From the NCBI GenBank assembly GCA_001791305.1, contig MGEI01000005.1, positions 44,488 through 108,487 on the forward strand: a DNA stretch of 64,000 bases, given 5' to 3'. Below the pieces are notes generated by a model, which was given only the letters and a program-made list of their open reading frames with translations, made no database searches and was not told where the DNA came from. The position numbers and the translations under genes were made by a program. Below, piece by piece: positions 50,726-59,950 of the stretch (position 1 is its first letter; each line of letters opens with the position of its first letter). The stretch comes from Candidatus Uhrbacteria bacterium RIFCSPLOWO2_01_FULL_47_17 (GTDB taxonomy: Bacteria > Patescibacteriota > Patescibacteriia > UBA9934 > GWF2-40-263).

Positions 50726-52540
50726 ATGGCACAACCAAACCCAAAACCAGGAACTCCGAAACCTGGTCATCAAAAATCCGGAGACAACAAATTTCGTGGA
50801 CGCGTTTTTCGCGCACAACCAAAACGCTTTGTGGAAACTCCACAACAAGTCAGCTCAGTCAAAACCTATTCCACCTCAAGTGGAGACAAGCTCCGCATTA
50901 TGGTGCTTGGAGGATGTGAAGAAGTTGGACGCAACTGTACGCTTCTTGAATACAAAGATGACATCATCCTCATTGACATGGGACTTCAGTTCCCAGAAGA
51001 AAACATGCCGGGAGTGGATTATATCATTCCAAACATGACGTATCTGAAAGGCAAAGAAAAAAACGTGCGCGGAGTCATTATTACCCATGGTCACTATGAC
51101 CACATCGGTGCGATTCCTCACACCATTCCAAACATCGGCAATCCGCCTATTTATGCATTGCCAATGTCCGCTGGAATCATCAAACGCCGTCAGGAAGATT
51201 TCCACACACGTCCGCTTAACCTAAAAGTCACAAAAAATACAGATGTTTTGAAGCTCGGTGCCTTCACCGTTTCGTTCTTCCACATCAACCACAACATCCC
51301 AGACTCCGTCGGAATTGTGGTAGACACACCAGTTGGAACCGTTTGTCACACCGGAGACTGGAAGTTTGACTTTCATCCGGCCGGAACAGAACATGCGGAC
51401 TTTCAAACCATCGCCGCGATCGGAAAAAAGGGCGTGCTCGTGCTCATGGGAGATTCCACAAACGCAAACGTGCCCGGACATCAGGTCTCGGAAAAAGTCA
51501 TTGAAGACGAATTACGTACCGTGATTGAAAAAGCACAGGGCCGCGTGATTATTGGAACCTTCGCTTCCCTGCTCGCTCGCGTCAAACAGATTATTGAAAT
51601 CTCCGAGTCTCTCGGAAAAAAAGTCGCGATCGACGGATACTCGATGCGCACAAACATTGAAATCGCAAAAGAACTCGGTTTCATTAAGTGCCAAGCATCC
51701 ACGCTCATCAAGCCAGAACAAATGGATGGCTACTCAGACAACAAGCTCGTGCTTATTTGTACGGGTGCACAGGGCGAAAAGAAAGCGGCTCTGAACCGCA
51801 TTGCAAATAATGAACACCGTGTTATCCGCATTCGCAAAACAGACACAGTCATTTTCTCAAGCTCGGTTATTCCGGGAAATGAAAACTCCGTACAGCGCCT
51901 CATGGACACGCTTTATCGCAAAGGATGCAAAGTCATCAACTATAAAATGATGGACGTGCACGCCGGAGGTCACGCGAAAAAAGAAGACATCAAGCTCATG
52001 CTTGCCCTCTTTAAACCAACCTACTACGTGCCGATTGAAGGAAACCACTTCTTGCTCCGCGAAAACGGACTCGTGGCGCAATCCATGGGTTGGAAAGAGG
52101 AGAACATCTTCATTGTCGACAATGGACAAATCATGGAGTTCTCGAAGGGGCACGGAAAACTCACTAATGAAAAAGTTCCAACAGATTACGTCTTCGTAGA
52201 CGGACTCGGAGTTGGAGATGTTTCCCAAGTTGTTCTTCGTGATCGCCAAGTTTTGGCAGAAGACGGAATGGTCGTCGTGATTGTCCAAGTCGAGAAAAAC
52301 AGCGGAAAACTCGTCGGTAACCCGGATATTGTCTCTCGTGGATTTATTTTCATGAAAGACCATATTGAGTTGATTGAAGGAACCCGCAAGGAAGTCAAAA
52401 AACTTGTGGTCGAGAAAGCTCCCGGATCTGAATTGGATCCAAAATACCTCCGCGATCAAATTCGCGATGAAGTTGGAAAGTTCTTGTTTAAAAAGACAGA
52501 ACGCCGACCAATGATTTTGCCAGTGATTATTGAAGTGTAG
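50726..52540 (+). CDS. rnj: Ribonuclease J (metallo-beta-lactamase/beta-CASP) with low-complexity N-terminal extension
   Basis: HxHxDH motif (ITHGHYDHIGAIPH), beta-CASP and C-terminal domains; 604 aa. Confidence 0.9.
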   Translation: MAQPNPKPGTPKPGHQKSGDNKFRGRVFRAQPKRFVETPQQVSSVKTYSTSSGDKLRIMVLGGCEEVGRNCTLLEYKDDIILIDMGLQFPEENMPGVDYIIPNMTYLKGKEKNVRGVIITHGHYDHIGAIPHTIPNIGNPPIYALPMSAGIIKRRQEDFHTRPLNLKVTKNTDVLKLGAFTVSFFHINHNIPDSVGIVVDTPVGTVCHTGDWKFDFHPAGTEHADFQTIAAIGKKGVLVLMGDSTNANVPGHQVSEKVIEDELRTVIEKAQGRVIIGTFASLLARVKQIIEISESLGKKVAIDGYSMRTNIEIAKELGFIKCQASTLIKPEQMDGYSDNKLVLICTGAQGEKKAALNRIANNEHRVIRIRKTDTVIFSSSVIPGNENSVQRLMDTLYRKGCKVINYKMMDVHAGGHAKKEDIKLMLALFKPTYYVPIEGNHFLLRENGLVAQSMGWKEENIFIVDNGQIMEFSKGHGKLTNEKVPTDYVFVDGLGVGDVSQVVLRDRQVLAEDGMVVVIVQVEKNSGKLVGNPDIVSRGFIFMKDHIELIEGTRKEVKKLVVEKAPGSELDPKYLRDQIRDEVGKFLFKKTERRPMILPVIIEV

Positions 52541-52542
52541 AT

Positions 52543-52580
52543 CAAAACCCACTCAAAAAAAACGAGTGGGTTTTTGATTT
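52543..52580 (+). terminator. Intrinsic terminator after rnj
   Basis: aaaacccactc-aaaaaaaac-gagtgggtttt followed by a T-tract. Confidence 0.7.
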
Positions 52581-52616
52581 GCATTTAGTGGATTGGATCG
52601 CTATACTAACTTTAAT

Positions 52617-52835
52617 ATGAATTACGCATTTACAACCGTTATTACAAAAGAAGACAAATGGTACGTTGCCGAATGTATTGAACTTGGAGTTGCTTCGCAA
52701 GGAAAATCCATTGAAAAAGCCCAAGATAATCTGCGAGAAGCGGTAGAGTTGTATCTTGAAGATCAGCCAAAAAATCGACGACCACGTTTTCGTCGAGAAC
52801 CACTTATCTCCACAATGTACATCTCGCATGTCTGA
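52617..52835 (+). CDS. hicB: HicB-family antitoxin (type II TA)
   Basis: 72 aa; YAFTTVITKEDKWYVAECIELGVASQGKSIEKAQDNLREAVELYLED matches the HicB/UPF0150 pattern. Overlaps the hicA start (cATGtcTGA). Confidence 0.7.
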   Translation: MNYAFTTVITKEDKWYVAECIELGVASQGKSIEKAQDNLREAVELYLEDQPKNRRPRFRREPLISTMYISHV

Positions 52836-53052
52836 TACACTCTCCGGCAGACAATGCATAACGATTTTATGCCGTGAGTTCGGTTTTTTTATTACAAGCC
52901 AAAAAGGAAGCCACGTAAAGCTCAGAAAAACTGTCGGAAGAATTGTTATTACAACGATTGTTCCACTGCATAAAGAACTTTCTCTTGGAACACTTCGTAA
53001 AACTCTTAAACTCGCCGAAGTGGATTTCGACCAATTTTCAAATTATTACTAA
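52828..53052 (+). CDS. hicA: HicA-family mRNA interferase toxin (type II TA)
   Basis: 74 aa; GSHVKLRK...IVPLHKELSLGTLRKTLKLAEV matches the HicA/YcfA-like pattern. Confidence 0.7.
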   Translation: MSDTLSGRQCITILCREFGFFITSQKGSHVKLRKTVGRIVITTIVPLHKELSLGTLRKTLKLAEVDFDQFSNYY

Positions 53053-53054
53053 TT

Positions 53055-54038
53055 ATGTCCCGCGTCCTCACGGCCCTCCAACCTACCGGCGTTTTGCACA
53101 TCGGAAATTATTTCGGTGCGATTGAGCCGTTTTTGAAATTGCAAGATCAAGGAAATGAAAACTTTTTGTTTGCGGTTGATTATCACGCGATTACGGTTCC
53201 GCAAGATCCGGAAACGCTTCGCAAAAATTTGTTGTTCGCAACCGCTGTGTACCTCGCGGCCGGCGTTGATCCATCAAAGACAACATTATTTCAACAATCT
53301 CATGTTCAGGAACACACCGAACTCGCGTGGATTTTGAATTGTATTGCGGGCATGGGCGAGCTTGAGCGCATGACGCAATATAAAGACAAAGCGAAAGGCA
53401 AAGGAGAGTCTGTTTCCGTTGGATTATTCGCCTACCCCGTTCTCATGGCCGCCGATATCCTCCTTTACGATACGCACATCGTCCCTGTCGGCGAAGACCA
53501 AAAGCAACATGTGGAACTCGCACGCGATCTCGCAGAACGATTCAACAACCGATTCGGTTTCACCTTTGTGATTCCAAAACCGCAGATCCGAGAATCCGGC
53601 GCGCGCATCATGGGACTCGACGACCCAGAAAAGAAAATGTCGAAGTCTGCGCCGAGTGAGAAAAATTACATCAGTCTCATGGATGACGAGGCAACGGTTC
53701 TCAAAAAAATCAAAAGCGCTGTGACAGACTCGGAGGGCACCATCGTGTATCGCGAGCATCGCAAAGGCATGGCGAATTTGATGACGATTTACTCGCTCAT
53801 GAGTGGATCGAGCATGAGTGAGATTGAAAAAATCTTTGAAGGCAAAGGCTACGGCGATTTCAAAGTCGCACTTGCGGCCGAGATCACCGCGTTTCTTTCT
53901 CCTCTCCAAACAAAAATCAAATCATATTTAGAAGACGAAGATGCGCTTCGACAAGTTCTCGCATCTGGAGCCGAGAAGGCACGCGAGATTGCCGCAAAGA
54001 AAATGACGGAGGTCAGAAAAAAAATCGGGGTCGCTTAG
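53055..54038 (+). CDS. trpS: Tryptophan--tRNA ligase
   Basis: TGVLHIGNYFG (HIGH-type) and KMSKS motifs; 327 aa. Confidence 0.95.
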   Translation: MSRVLTALQPTGVLHIGNYFGAIEPFLKLQDQGNENFLFAVDYHAITVPQDPETLRKNLLFATAVYLAAGVDPSKTTLFQQSHVQEHTELAWILNCIAGMGELERMTQYKDKAKGKGESVSVGLFAYPVLMAADILLYDTHIVPVGEDQKQHVELARDLAERFNNRFGFTFVIPKPQIRESGARIMGLDDPEKKMSKSAPSEKNYISLMDDEATVLKKIKSAVTDSEGTIVYREHRKGMANLMTIYSLMSGSSMSEIEKIFEGKGYGDFKVALAAEITAFLSPLQTKIKSYLEDEDALRQVLASGAEKAREIAAKKMTEVRKKIGVA

Positions 54039-54066
54039 ACCCTGATTTTTTTGTTCTATTATTCTA

Positions 54067-55086
54067 TTAAATTAATTGTTCTTTGTTTTGGACGAATGTC
54101 ACGGCCTGACGAATATCTCCAACACCGATAATCCACTGTAAGATGCGGGCCATACCGAATCCGCAACCGGCGTGTGGGACTGCGCCGTTGTCGCGCACCT
54201 TATCAATGTACCAAGAAAAATCATCAATGCCTCCCCCGCGTTTTTCAAGTCGCGCAAACATTTTGGAGTTCGAGAGTCTATCAACGAGCATGCCAACTTC
54301 ATGCACGCGCGCTGCGGATCCAACAGACTCGCCAGAAATTGGCAGAATCAAATCTGAACTCTGAACGCGACCTGGGCGCTTTGGATCCGGCAACATGTTA
54401 AAAAACTTTTCCACTTCAATTTCTTTTCCAAAATTAATCATTGGATCTGGATAATGTGTAATGAACAACGGAACGTTCCCGTGTTGTTGTACCAACTTCT
54501 GTTCGCGATGACGATCAATATCGTCTCCCCACTCGATTGTCTCCCCCATCGATTTTAATTCCTCGATCGCGTCATCGTAGGTGATGCGTGGAAAAATCGA
54601 CGGACAAGATTTGAGTCGTGTGGAATGATCCGCATCAATCCCAAGACTCGTTGCGCGGTCTCCGATTGCGTGCGCAACATGCGAAACCATCCCCTCGATA
54701 TGATTCAACAATTTCTCGAACCCGCCTGCAAATTCAATTTCCAGCATCGTAAACTCCGTTAAATGGCGTGCGTCCACACCCGCCTCCGCGCGAAAACTTG
54801 GACCAACGCAGTACACGTTTTGGTACTTCGGAACAAACGCCTCGAGGTACAACTGACCTGTTTGTGCCAAATACGAATGCGACTTTGCCCCATTTGGTTC
54901 AAACCATTTGTGATCGCCCTCCACGCGCACTTCGAACAACGTATCCACGTTTTCACACGCTCCACTCGCGCGCACAATGCGTGGCGGAAATAACTCCACG
55001 AATCCCAAGTCCGAAAAATAATTTCGTGCCGCTCGAAAAACCTCTGATTCAACGCGAGATGTATCAATCTGACTTTGTGTGGTCAT
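54067..55086 (-). CDS. Class II aaRS catalytic-core paralogue, asparagine synthetase A (AsnA)-like
   Basis: 339 aa with no anticodon-binding domain. Class IIb motif-3-like HAGCGFGMARILQWI, and length and layout like AsnA. Confidence 0.55.
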   Translation of the reverse strand: MTTQSQIDTSRVESEVFRAARNYFSDLGFVELFPPRIVRASGACENVDTLFEVRVEGDHKWFEPNGAKSHSYLAQTGQLYLEAFVPKYQNVYCVGPSFRAEAGVDARHLTEFTMLEIEFAGGFEKLLNHIEGMVSHVAHAIGDRATSLGIDADHSTRLKSCPSIFPRITYDDAIEELKSMGETIEWGDDIDRHREQKLVQQHGNVPLFITHYPDPMINFGKEIEVEKFFNMLPDPKRPGRVQSSDLILPISGESVGSAARVHEVGMLVDRLSNSKMFARLEKRGGGIDDFSWYIDKVRDNGAVPHAGCGFGMARILQWIIGVGDIRQAVTFVQNKEQLI

Positions 55087-55089
55087 AGG

Positions 55090-55145
55090 AAGAAGGGGTT
55101 AGGGGGTAAAAAAATCATCCGCTTTTAACGGATGATTGAACTTAT
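55090..55145 (-). promoter_or_regulatory. Terminator-type hairpin plus U-tract in the 5' leader of the asnA-like gene (candidate attenuator)
   Basis: Minus strand: aatcatccg-ttaaaag-cggatgatt, then TTTTT, then 24 nt to the ATG. A putative -10 (TATAAT) lies about 110 nt upstream. Confidence 0.4.
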
Positions 55146-55349
55146 AAATTGATAACCTTTCGGCGAGCGGCCGCAGTTCTGTTTCCAATTGTGTGATTGG
55201 ATCAACATATCAAAAGAATTATAGACAATGGGAAAGCGCCGAGCAAGGTTAGGGTGTGGATAGATTGACAAGATAGCCGATTTTTGGTACGGTCAGCGCC
55301 TTCAGACACAGGGTCTGGGGGTTTTCAACACAACAGGAGTTCATTCCCC

Positions 55350-56426
55350 ATGGAACATTCACGCCGTCGTCGTGCAACCAGTCTCGAAGAGCGCGCGCAA
55401 CACCGCGCTGCGGTCGAGGCGCAAATCATTCGTGGACTTCATGCGGCGAACAAGACGCATGGGTTTGATGAAACGCATGATCCGAAAAAGCCGATCACGC
55501 ATTTCTTCCAAGAAACGCATGAGGGCCTCGTCCTCTTCGTCATCTTTTTCACGCAAGCGTGTCGCTGGATGCGCTGTGTGGGCTGCACCCTTCCCTCCAC
55601 GTCCGCGCTGCGTCACATCGACTTTGGCGACATCATGGATCAGACGCACAGCATCTTCACCGAGCCGGACGTTCTTGCGCGCGCGGATGAAATCCAAAAG
55701 GTGATCGTGAGCAATCAAGGATCTGTTCTTGATGAAGAGACGTTCCCCACAAGCGCGCTCATTCATTTCGTCGCAAAGTGCAACAAGCATCTGCCGAACA
55801 TGAGAGTGCTCACTCTCGAATCGCGTCCCGAATATGTGGACGACATCGAACTCGACATCTTGGCGCGCGCGCTCGAAGAAGGCAAAACGCTCACCACGCT
55901 CGAGATTGCCGTCGGCGTCGAAGTGTTCGACAACGACATTCGCAACCTCGTGTTTGGAAAAGGCTTGCGCCTGAAAACGCTCGATGAACTCGTCGAGCGA
56001 CTCGCGAAACACGGCTTTCGCCTGAAGTGCTACTTCATGTTCAAGCCTGTGGCGGATGCGCACATGTCACGCGAGCAAGCGATCCAAGACATCCACGAAG
56101 CCATTCGCTATCTGAGCGATCTCACCGACAGAATTCCGGGTTCGATCATCTCAATCCACCTGAACCCAACCTACGCCGCACGCGGAACTCCACTCGAAAC
56201 GGCGTTCCTGGAAAGGAAGTACACTCCCCCTCATCTCATCGATGTCGTGCGAGCCGTACGTTTCGGCGAAGATCGAGGTGTCCCGATTTTCATCGGAATG
56301 AACGACGAAGATCTCGCGGTCGAAGGCGGTTCGTTCATTCGCCCAGGCGACGAAGCCCTGCTTCCGATCCTGAACAAATTCAACAAGACACAGGACTATA
56401 CCCTGTTCAAGCATCTACCGGGCTAA
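55350..56426 (+). CDS. Hypothetical protein (GC-rich gene) with Cys triad C-x4-C-x2-C
   Basis: The ATG at 55350 is preceded by AGGAG. Contains ACRWMRCVGC. About 55% GC against roughly 45% in the surrounding genes. Confidence 0.55.
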   Translation: MEHSRRRRATSLEERAQHRAAVEAQIIRGLHAANKTHGFDETHDPKKPITHFFQETHEGLVLFVIFFTQACRWMRCVGCTLPSTSALRHIDFGDIMDQTHSIFTEPDVLARADEIQKVIVSNQGSVLDEETFPTSALIHFVAKCNKHLPNMRVLTLESRPEYVDDIELDILARALEEGKTLTTLEIAVGVEVFDNDIRNLVFGKGLRLKTLDELVERLAKHGFRLKCYFMFKPVADAHMSREQAIQDIHEAIRYLSDLTDRIPGSIISIHLNPTYAARGTPLETAFLERKYTPPHLIDVVRAVRFGEDRGVPIFIGMNDEDLAVEGGSFIRPGDEALLPILNKFNKTQDYTLFKHLPG

Positions 56427-56494
56427 TCCATGCCTGGTTTTTTTATTGTCGTGAAACAAAAAATCCCGCGCGAGGCGAGATTCTTTGTGTTCCA

Positions 56495-56906
56495 AAGGAG
56501 TGATCTGTAAGCCGAATTTTGTCTAACCGATCTTACGATCGATGAGGCGATCATCTATCTTGATGTTACATTGCTGTAACACTCGTGCGAGCTACCAAAT
56601 TTGCTCTTTCACCGAAAAGGGTTTGCCACACATGCATGTCACCATGCAGCGAGATGCGTAGTCTTGCGACATCACATCACTTTTCACCTTTCACCCAGGC
56701 TTGCGCCGGAGCTAGTATAGTCTCTGTGGTACTTTCCCTAAGGTTTGTATTCGGGATCAAAGAGTGAATTGCTCCAACTCCTCGCGCTCGAATGCGTATC
56801 CTTGGTTGTCGTTAACAACTTTTCTTGTCCGCATGCATTGCTGCATACGAGGTGTTCGGACTTTCCTCCCGAGCCTTTGCCCAGGTAATCACCCGATCAT
56901 CCTTGA
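56495..56906 (-). ncRNA. rnpB: RNase P RNA (bacterial type A-like)
   Basis: Minus strand carries GGGAGGAAAGUCCG (CR-I), GGGUGAAAGGUG (P10/11-12 region) and AAUUCGGCUUACAG (CR-V, GGCUUA). P1 pairing is AAGGATGATC/GATCACTCCTT. A promoter lies upstream and a T-rich terminator downstream. Confidence 0.8.
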
Positions 56907-56916
56907 GAACTTGGGA

Positions 56917-56945
56917 ATAATAGCAATATAAATACGAAATGTCAA
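56917..56945 (-). promoter_or_regulatory. Putative rnpB promoter
   Basis: Minus strand: TTGACA, 17 nt, TATTAT; the TSS would fall about 5 nt before the P1 5' strand. Confidence 0.5.
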
Positions 56946-57011
56946 TGTATTTGATTTCCTGAATATTCCTCCCTAACCGCTCATCGCTTTTTTTGCTACA
57001 ATATCTTCATT

Positions 57012-58424
57012 ATGAAACGCTCCGAACTCGCTTTCACACTTGCCCTTGTTCCTCTTGATTATCTCGCACTCGTTGCCGCTGGCATTACGGCGTATTATTC
57101 CCGATTTCATCCCTACTTCGTGAACATTCGTCCGATTATTTTTACGCTCACGCTCCAACAATACGTCACGATTCTTTTGCCGAGTCTTTTGATTTGGATC
57201 GGCGTTTTCGCGGCAGCGGGACTGTATTCAACGCATCGCAGATCGATCGCCAAAGAGCTTTCTCGAGTTCTTCTCGCCACATCCACCTCCATGGCACTCG
57301 TGTTCTCGATCTTGTTTTTCTCCCGCACATTTTTCGATTCACGATTCATCGCGCTCGTCGCATGGTTCTTCTCGATTGTCTTCGTTTGTCTTGGTCGTCT
57401 TGTAATTCGAGGATTACAACGCTCACTGATGTCCATGGGTGTTGGCGTGATTCGTGTTGCAATCATTGGATCGAATGATACAGCAGAGACTCTCAAAAGT
57501 GTCTTCGAGAAAAAGCCGCGTTTTGGATTGCAGATCGTCGCCACATTCAAAACATTTGATGACACGGTTGCAAAAAAACTGCGCGTACTCAAAGAACAAA
57601 ATAAAATCGATGAGGTTCTCCTCGCAGATCCAGAAGCAAGCAAAGAAACAACGCTCGCTCTTATTGCTTTCACCGATGTCGAACATCTCGGATTCCGATA
57701 TTCTGCCGATCTCTTCGCCACAGCCGTCGGCCGATCGGTCATTCACATGTTCTCGGGAATCCCGGTGATCGAGGTACAAAAGACGCCACTCGATGGTTGG
57801 GGAGCGATTTACAAACGCTTGTTCGATATCATTGGTGCCCTCGTACTCATCATCCTAACGTCGCCGATCATGCTCATCACCGCGCTCGCGATCAAGCTCG
57901 ATTCGCGTGGTCCCATCTTTTTTTCTCGCCTCGACGACAACAAACGCATGATGCGCATTGGTCAAGGCGGCAAACCCTTTCCCTATTTCAAATTCAGATC
58001 CATGGTTCCCGGAACGCACAACATGCGCTATCGCGAACTGTCCGAAAAAGACACGCGCAAAGGCGCGCCGGTTGTGAAAATCGCAAATGATCCACGCATT
58101 ACGCGCGTCGGCAATTTCATTCGCAAGTTTTCGATCGATGAACTTCCAGAATTCTTTCTCGTCCTCACAGGAAAAATGAGTCTGGTTGGCCCACGCCCGC
58201 ACATGCCAGAAGAAGTCGCAAAATATAAACCGGAACATAAAAAAGTTCTCACCATCAAACCCGGCATCACCGGCCTCGCCCAAATTTCCGGCCGTGCAGA
58301 CCTCGACTTCGACGAGGAAGTTCGACTCGATACCTACTACATCGAACACTGGAGTCCGTGGTTGGATTTGTATATTTTGTTGAAGACTCCGATTGTAGTG
58401 ATTTTTCGAAAAGGGGCGTACTAA
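57012..58424 (+). CDS. Polyprenyl-phosphate glycosylphosphotransferase (initiating sugar transferase, WbaP/EpsL-like)
   Basis: N-terminal TM helices followed by a bacterial sugar-transferase C-terminal domain ([29 protein letters not shown]...GPRP). Confidence 0.9.
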   Translation: MKRSELAFTLALVPLDYLALVAAGITAYYSRFHPYFVNIRPIIFTLTLQQYVTILLPSLLIWIGVFAAAGLYSTHRRSIAKELSRVLLATSTSMALVFSILFFSRTFFDSRFIALVAWFFSIVFVCLGRLVIRGLQRSLMSMGVGVIRVAIIGSNDTAETLKSVFEKKPRFGLQIVATFKTFDDTVAKKLRVLKEQNKIDEVLLADPEASKETTLALIAFTDVEHLGFRYSADLFATAVGRSVIHMFSGIPVIEVQKTPLDGWGAIYKRLFDIIGALVLIILTSPIMLITALAIKLDSRGPIFFSRLDDNKRMMRIGQGGKPFPYFKFRSMVPGTHNMRYRELSEKDTRKGAPVVKIANDPRITRVGNFIRKFSIDELPEFFLVLTGKMSLVGPRPHMPEEVAKYKPEHKKVLTIKPGITGLAQISGRADLDFDEEVRLDTYYIEHWSPWLDLYILLKTPIVVIFRKGAY

Positions 58425-58516
58425 TCCACAGGCAGACTCTTGACAAAACAAAAATTTTCTGGTGAAATGTATTCACAGCTGAAGTTCGCCTTCAAGTCGG
58501 GTGTCGAAACAGATAT

Positions 58517-58568
58517 CAGACCTCACAGCCATCAAGAGTAATCTTGATCCTGTGGGGTCTTTCTGTTT
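58517..58568 (+). terminator. Intrinsic terminator after the sugar transferase gene
   Basis: cacagcc-atcaaga-gtaa-tcttgat-cctgtgg followed by a T-tract. Confidence 0.55.
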
Positions 58569-58861
58569 TTTTAGCCTGGGTATCATGGGCGCGTGGAGGT
58601 AAAGGCAACCTCAGCTGGCTCGACACCCGCAGTTACGAGTTTTGCCTTTCAGGCAACACAACCGCACTCGCTCGGAAAACCAAAATCGAATTTTGTTTTT
58701 CCCTCGCTTCGTTTGTTGTGCGAATCTCGTCGCGTCCACCATGGCGAGAGTCATGGGCCCGGGATCAAAAAACCAACGCAAGAATTGCGTTGGTTTTTGG
58801 TTCTTCATTTAAAAATGAATGAATTGTCAATCTTTCCTGCTTCGGGTAAAGTGCGGCTGAT

Positions 58862-59950
58862 ATGAAAATCGCGTTGGTTCATGATTACTTGGTTCAGGAT
58901 GGTGGGGCCGAAAAGGTTCTCGAGGTTCTGCAAAAAACATGGCCGGAGGCTCCGACCTTTGTTTTGTTTTTTAATGAAAAAAAGATGCCGGCGTTTAAGG
59001 GAAAAGATATTCGCACGTCATTTTTACAACGCTTCCCTCTCGCGACGAAGAAGTATCAGTGGTACATCAGCCTCATGCCAACCGCGACCGAACATTACGA
59101 TCTACGTGAATTCGATGTTGTGATTTCGTCGACGAGCGCATTTGCAAAAGGAATCATTACACGCCCAGGCGCGATTCATATTTGTTATTGCCACACACCG
59201 ACACGCTATTTGTGGACCGACACGCAAAGTTACATTCGCGAATTGCGCGTGCCGAACTTTGTGAAAGCAATGCTGCCGCCCGTCCTCTCGAAACTCCGCA
59301 TGTGGGATGAACTCGCCGCGCACCGTGTGGATCATTTTGTAGCGAACTCACAAACCGTTTCCGATCGGATCAAAAAATATTATCGCCGCGATTCCGAGGT
59401 GATTTATCCGCCGGTTGCAACGAACAACTTTCACATTTCGCCAAAACCAAAAACGTATTTTCTCACCGGCGGTCGATTAGTCGCATACAAACGTTTCGAC
59501 ATGGTCGTGGACGCGTGTAACAAAACAGGTATCACACTCAAAATTTTTGGATCGGGCCCGGTCGAGAAAGAACTTCGTAAGCGTGCGAAGTCGAATATCG
59601 AATTTCTCGGTCGTGTTTCCGAAAAAGAACAACGCGAACTCTACGCAAACGCAAAAGCGTTTATTCATCCGCAAGAAGAAGACTTTGGAATCACACCTGT
59701 CGAGGCGATGGCGAGCGGAACTCCCGTGATTGCGTATCGCAAGGGCGGCGCGGTCGAGACGGTTGTCGAGGGACTGAGCGGAGAGTTTTTCGATGAACAA
59801 TCGTGGGAGGAACTCGCGGATCATTTGATCCGATTCGATGCATCGAAGTACGATGCACACAAAATCAAAGCGCATGCGGAGAAGTTTAATGAGGAAAAGT
59901 TTGTGGAGAAGATGAGGGAAATTACAAAACGTTATGCGGATTCTCGTTGA
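58862..59950 (+). CDS. Glycosyltransferase family 4
   Basis: C-terminal GT4 motif EDFGITPVEAMASGTPVIA; 362 aa. Confidence 0.85.
   Translation: MKIALVHDYLVQDGGAEKVLEVLQKTWPEAPTFVLFFNEKKMPAFKGKDIRTSFLQRFPLATKKYQWYISLMPTATEHYDLREFDVVISSTSAFAKGIITRPGAIHICYCHTPTRYLWTDTQSYIRELRVPNFVKAMLPPVLSKLRMWDELAAHRVDHFVANSQTVSDRIKKYYRRDSEVIYPPVATNNFHISPKPKTYFLTGGRLVAYKRFDMVVDACNKTGITLKIFGSGPVEKELRKRAKSNIEFLGRVSEKEQRELYANAKAFIHPQEEDFGITPVEAMASGTPVIAYRKGGAVETVVEGLSGEFFDEQSWEELADHLIRFDASKYDAHKIKAHAEKFNEEKFVEKMREITKRYADSR

Noticed and set aside
55087-55283. T-box riboswitch upstream of the asnA-like gene
   Set aside because: No T-box consensus (AGGGTGGNACCGCG) or specifier-loop architecture was found. It is kept only as a generic attenuator candidate.
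55350-56426. Radical SAM annotation
   Set aside because: The Cys spacing is C-x4-C-x2-C rather than the canonical C-x3-C-x2-C, and no other radical-SAM motifs were recognised.
56027-56767. Plus-strand ORFs 56027..56503 and 56585..56767
   Set aside because: They overlap the minus-strand RNase P RNA and its terminator and have no coding signal.
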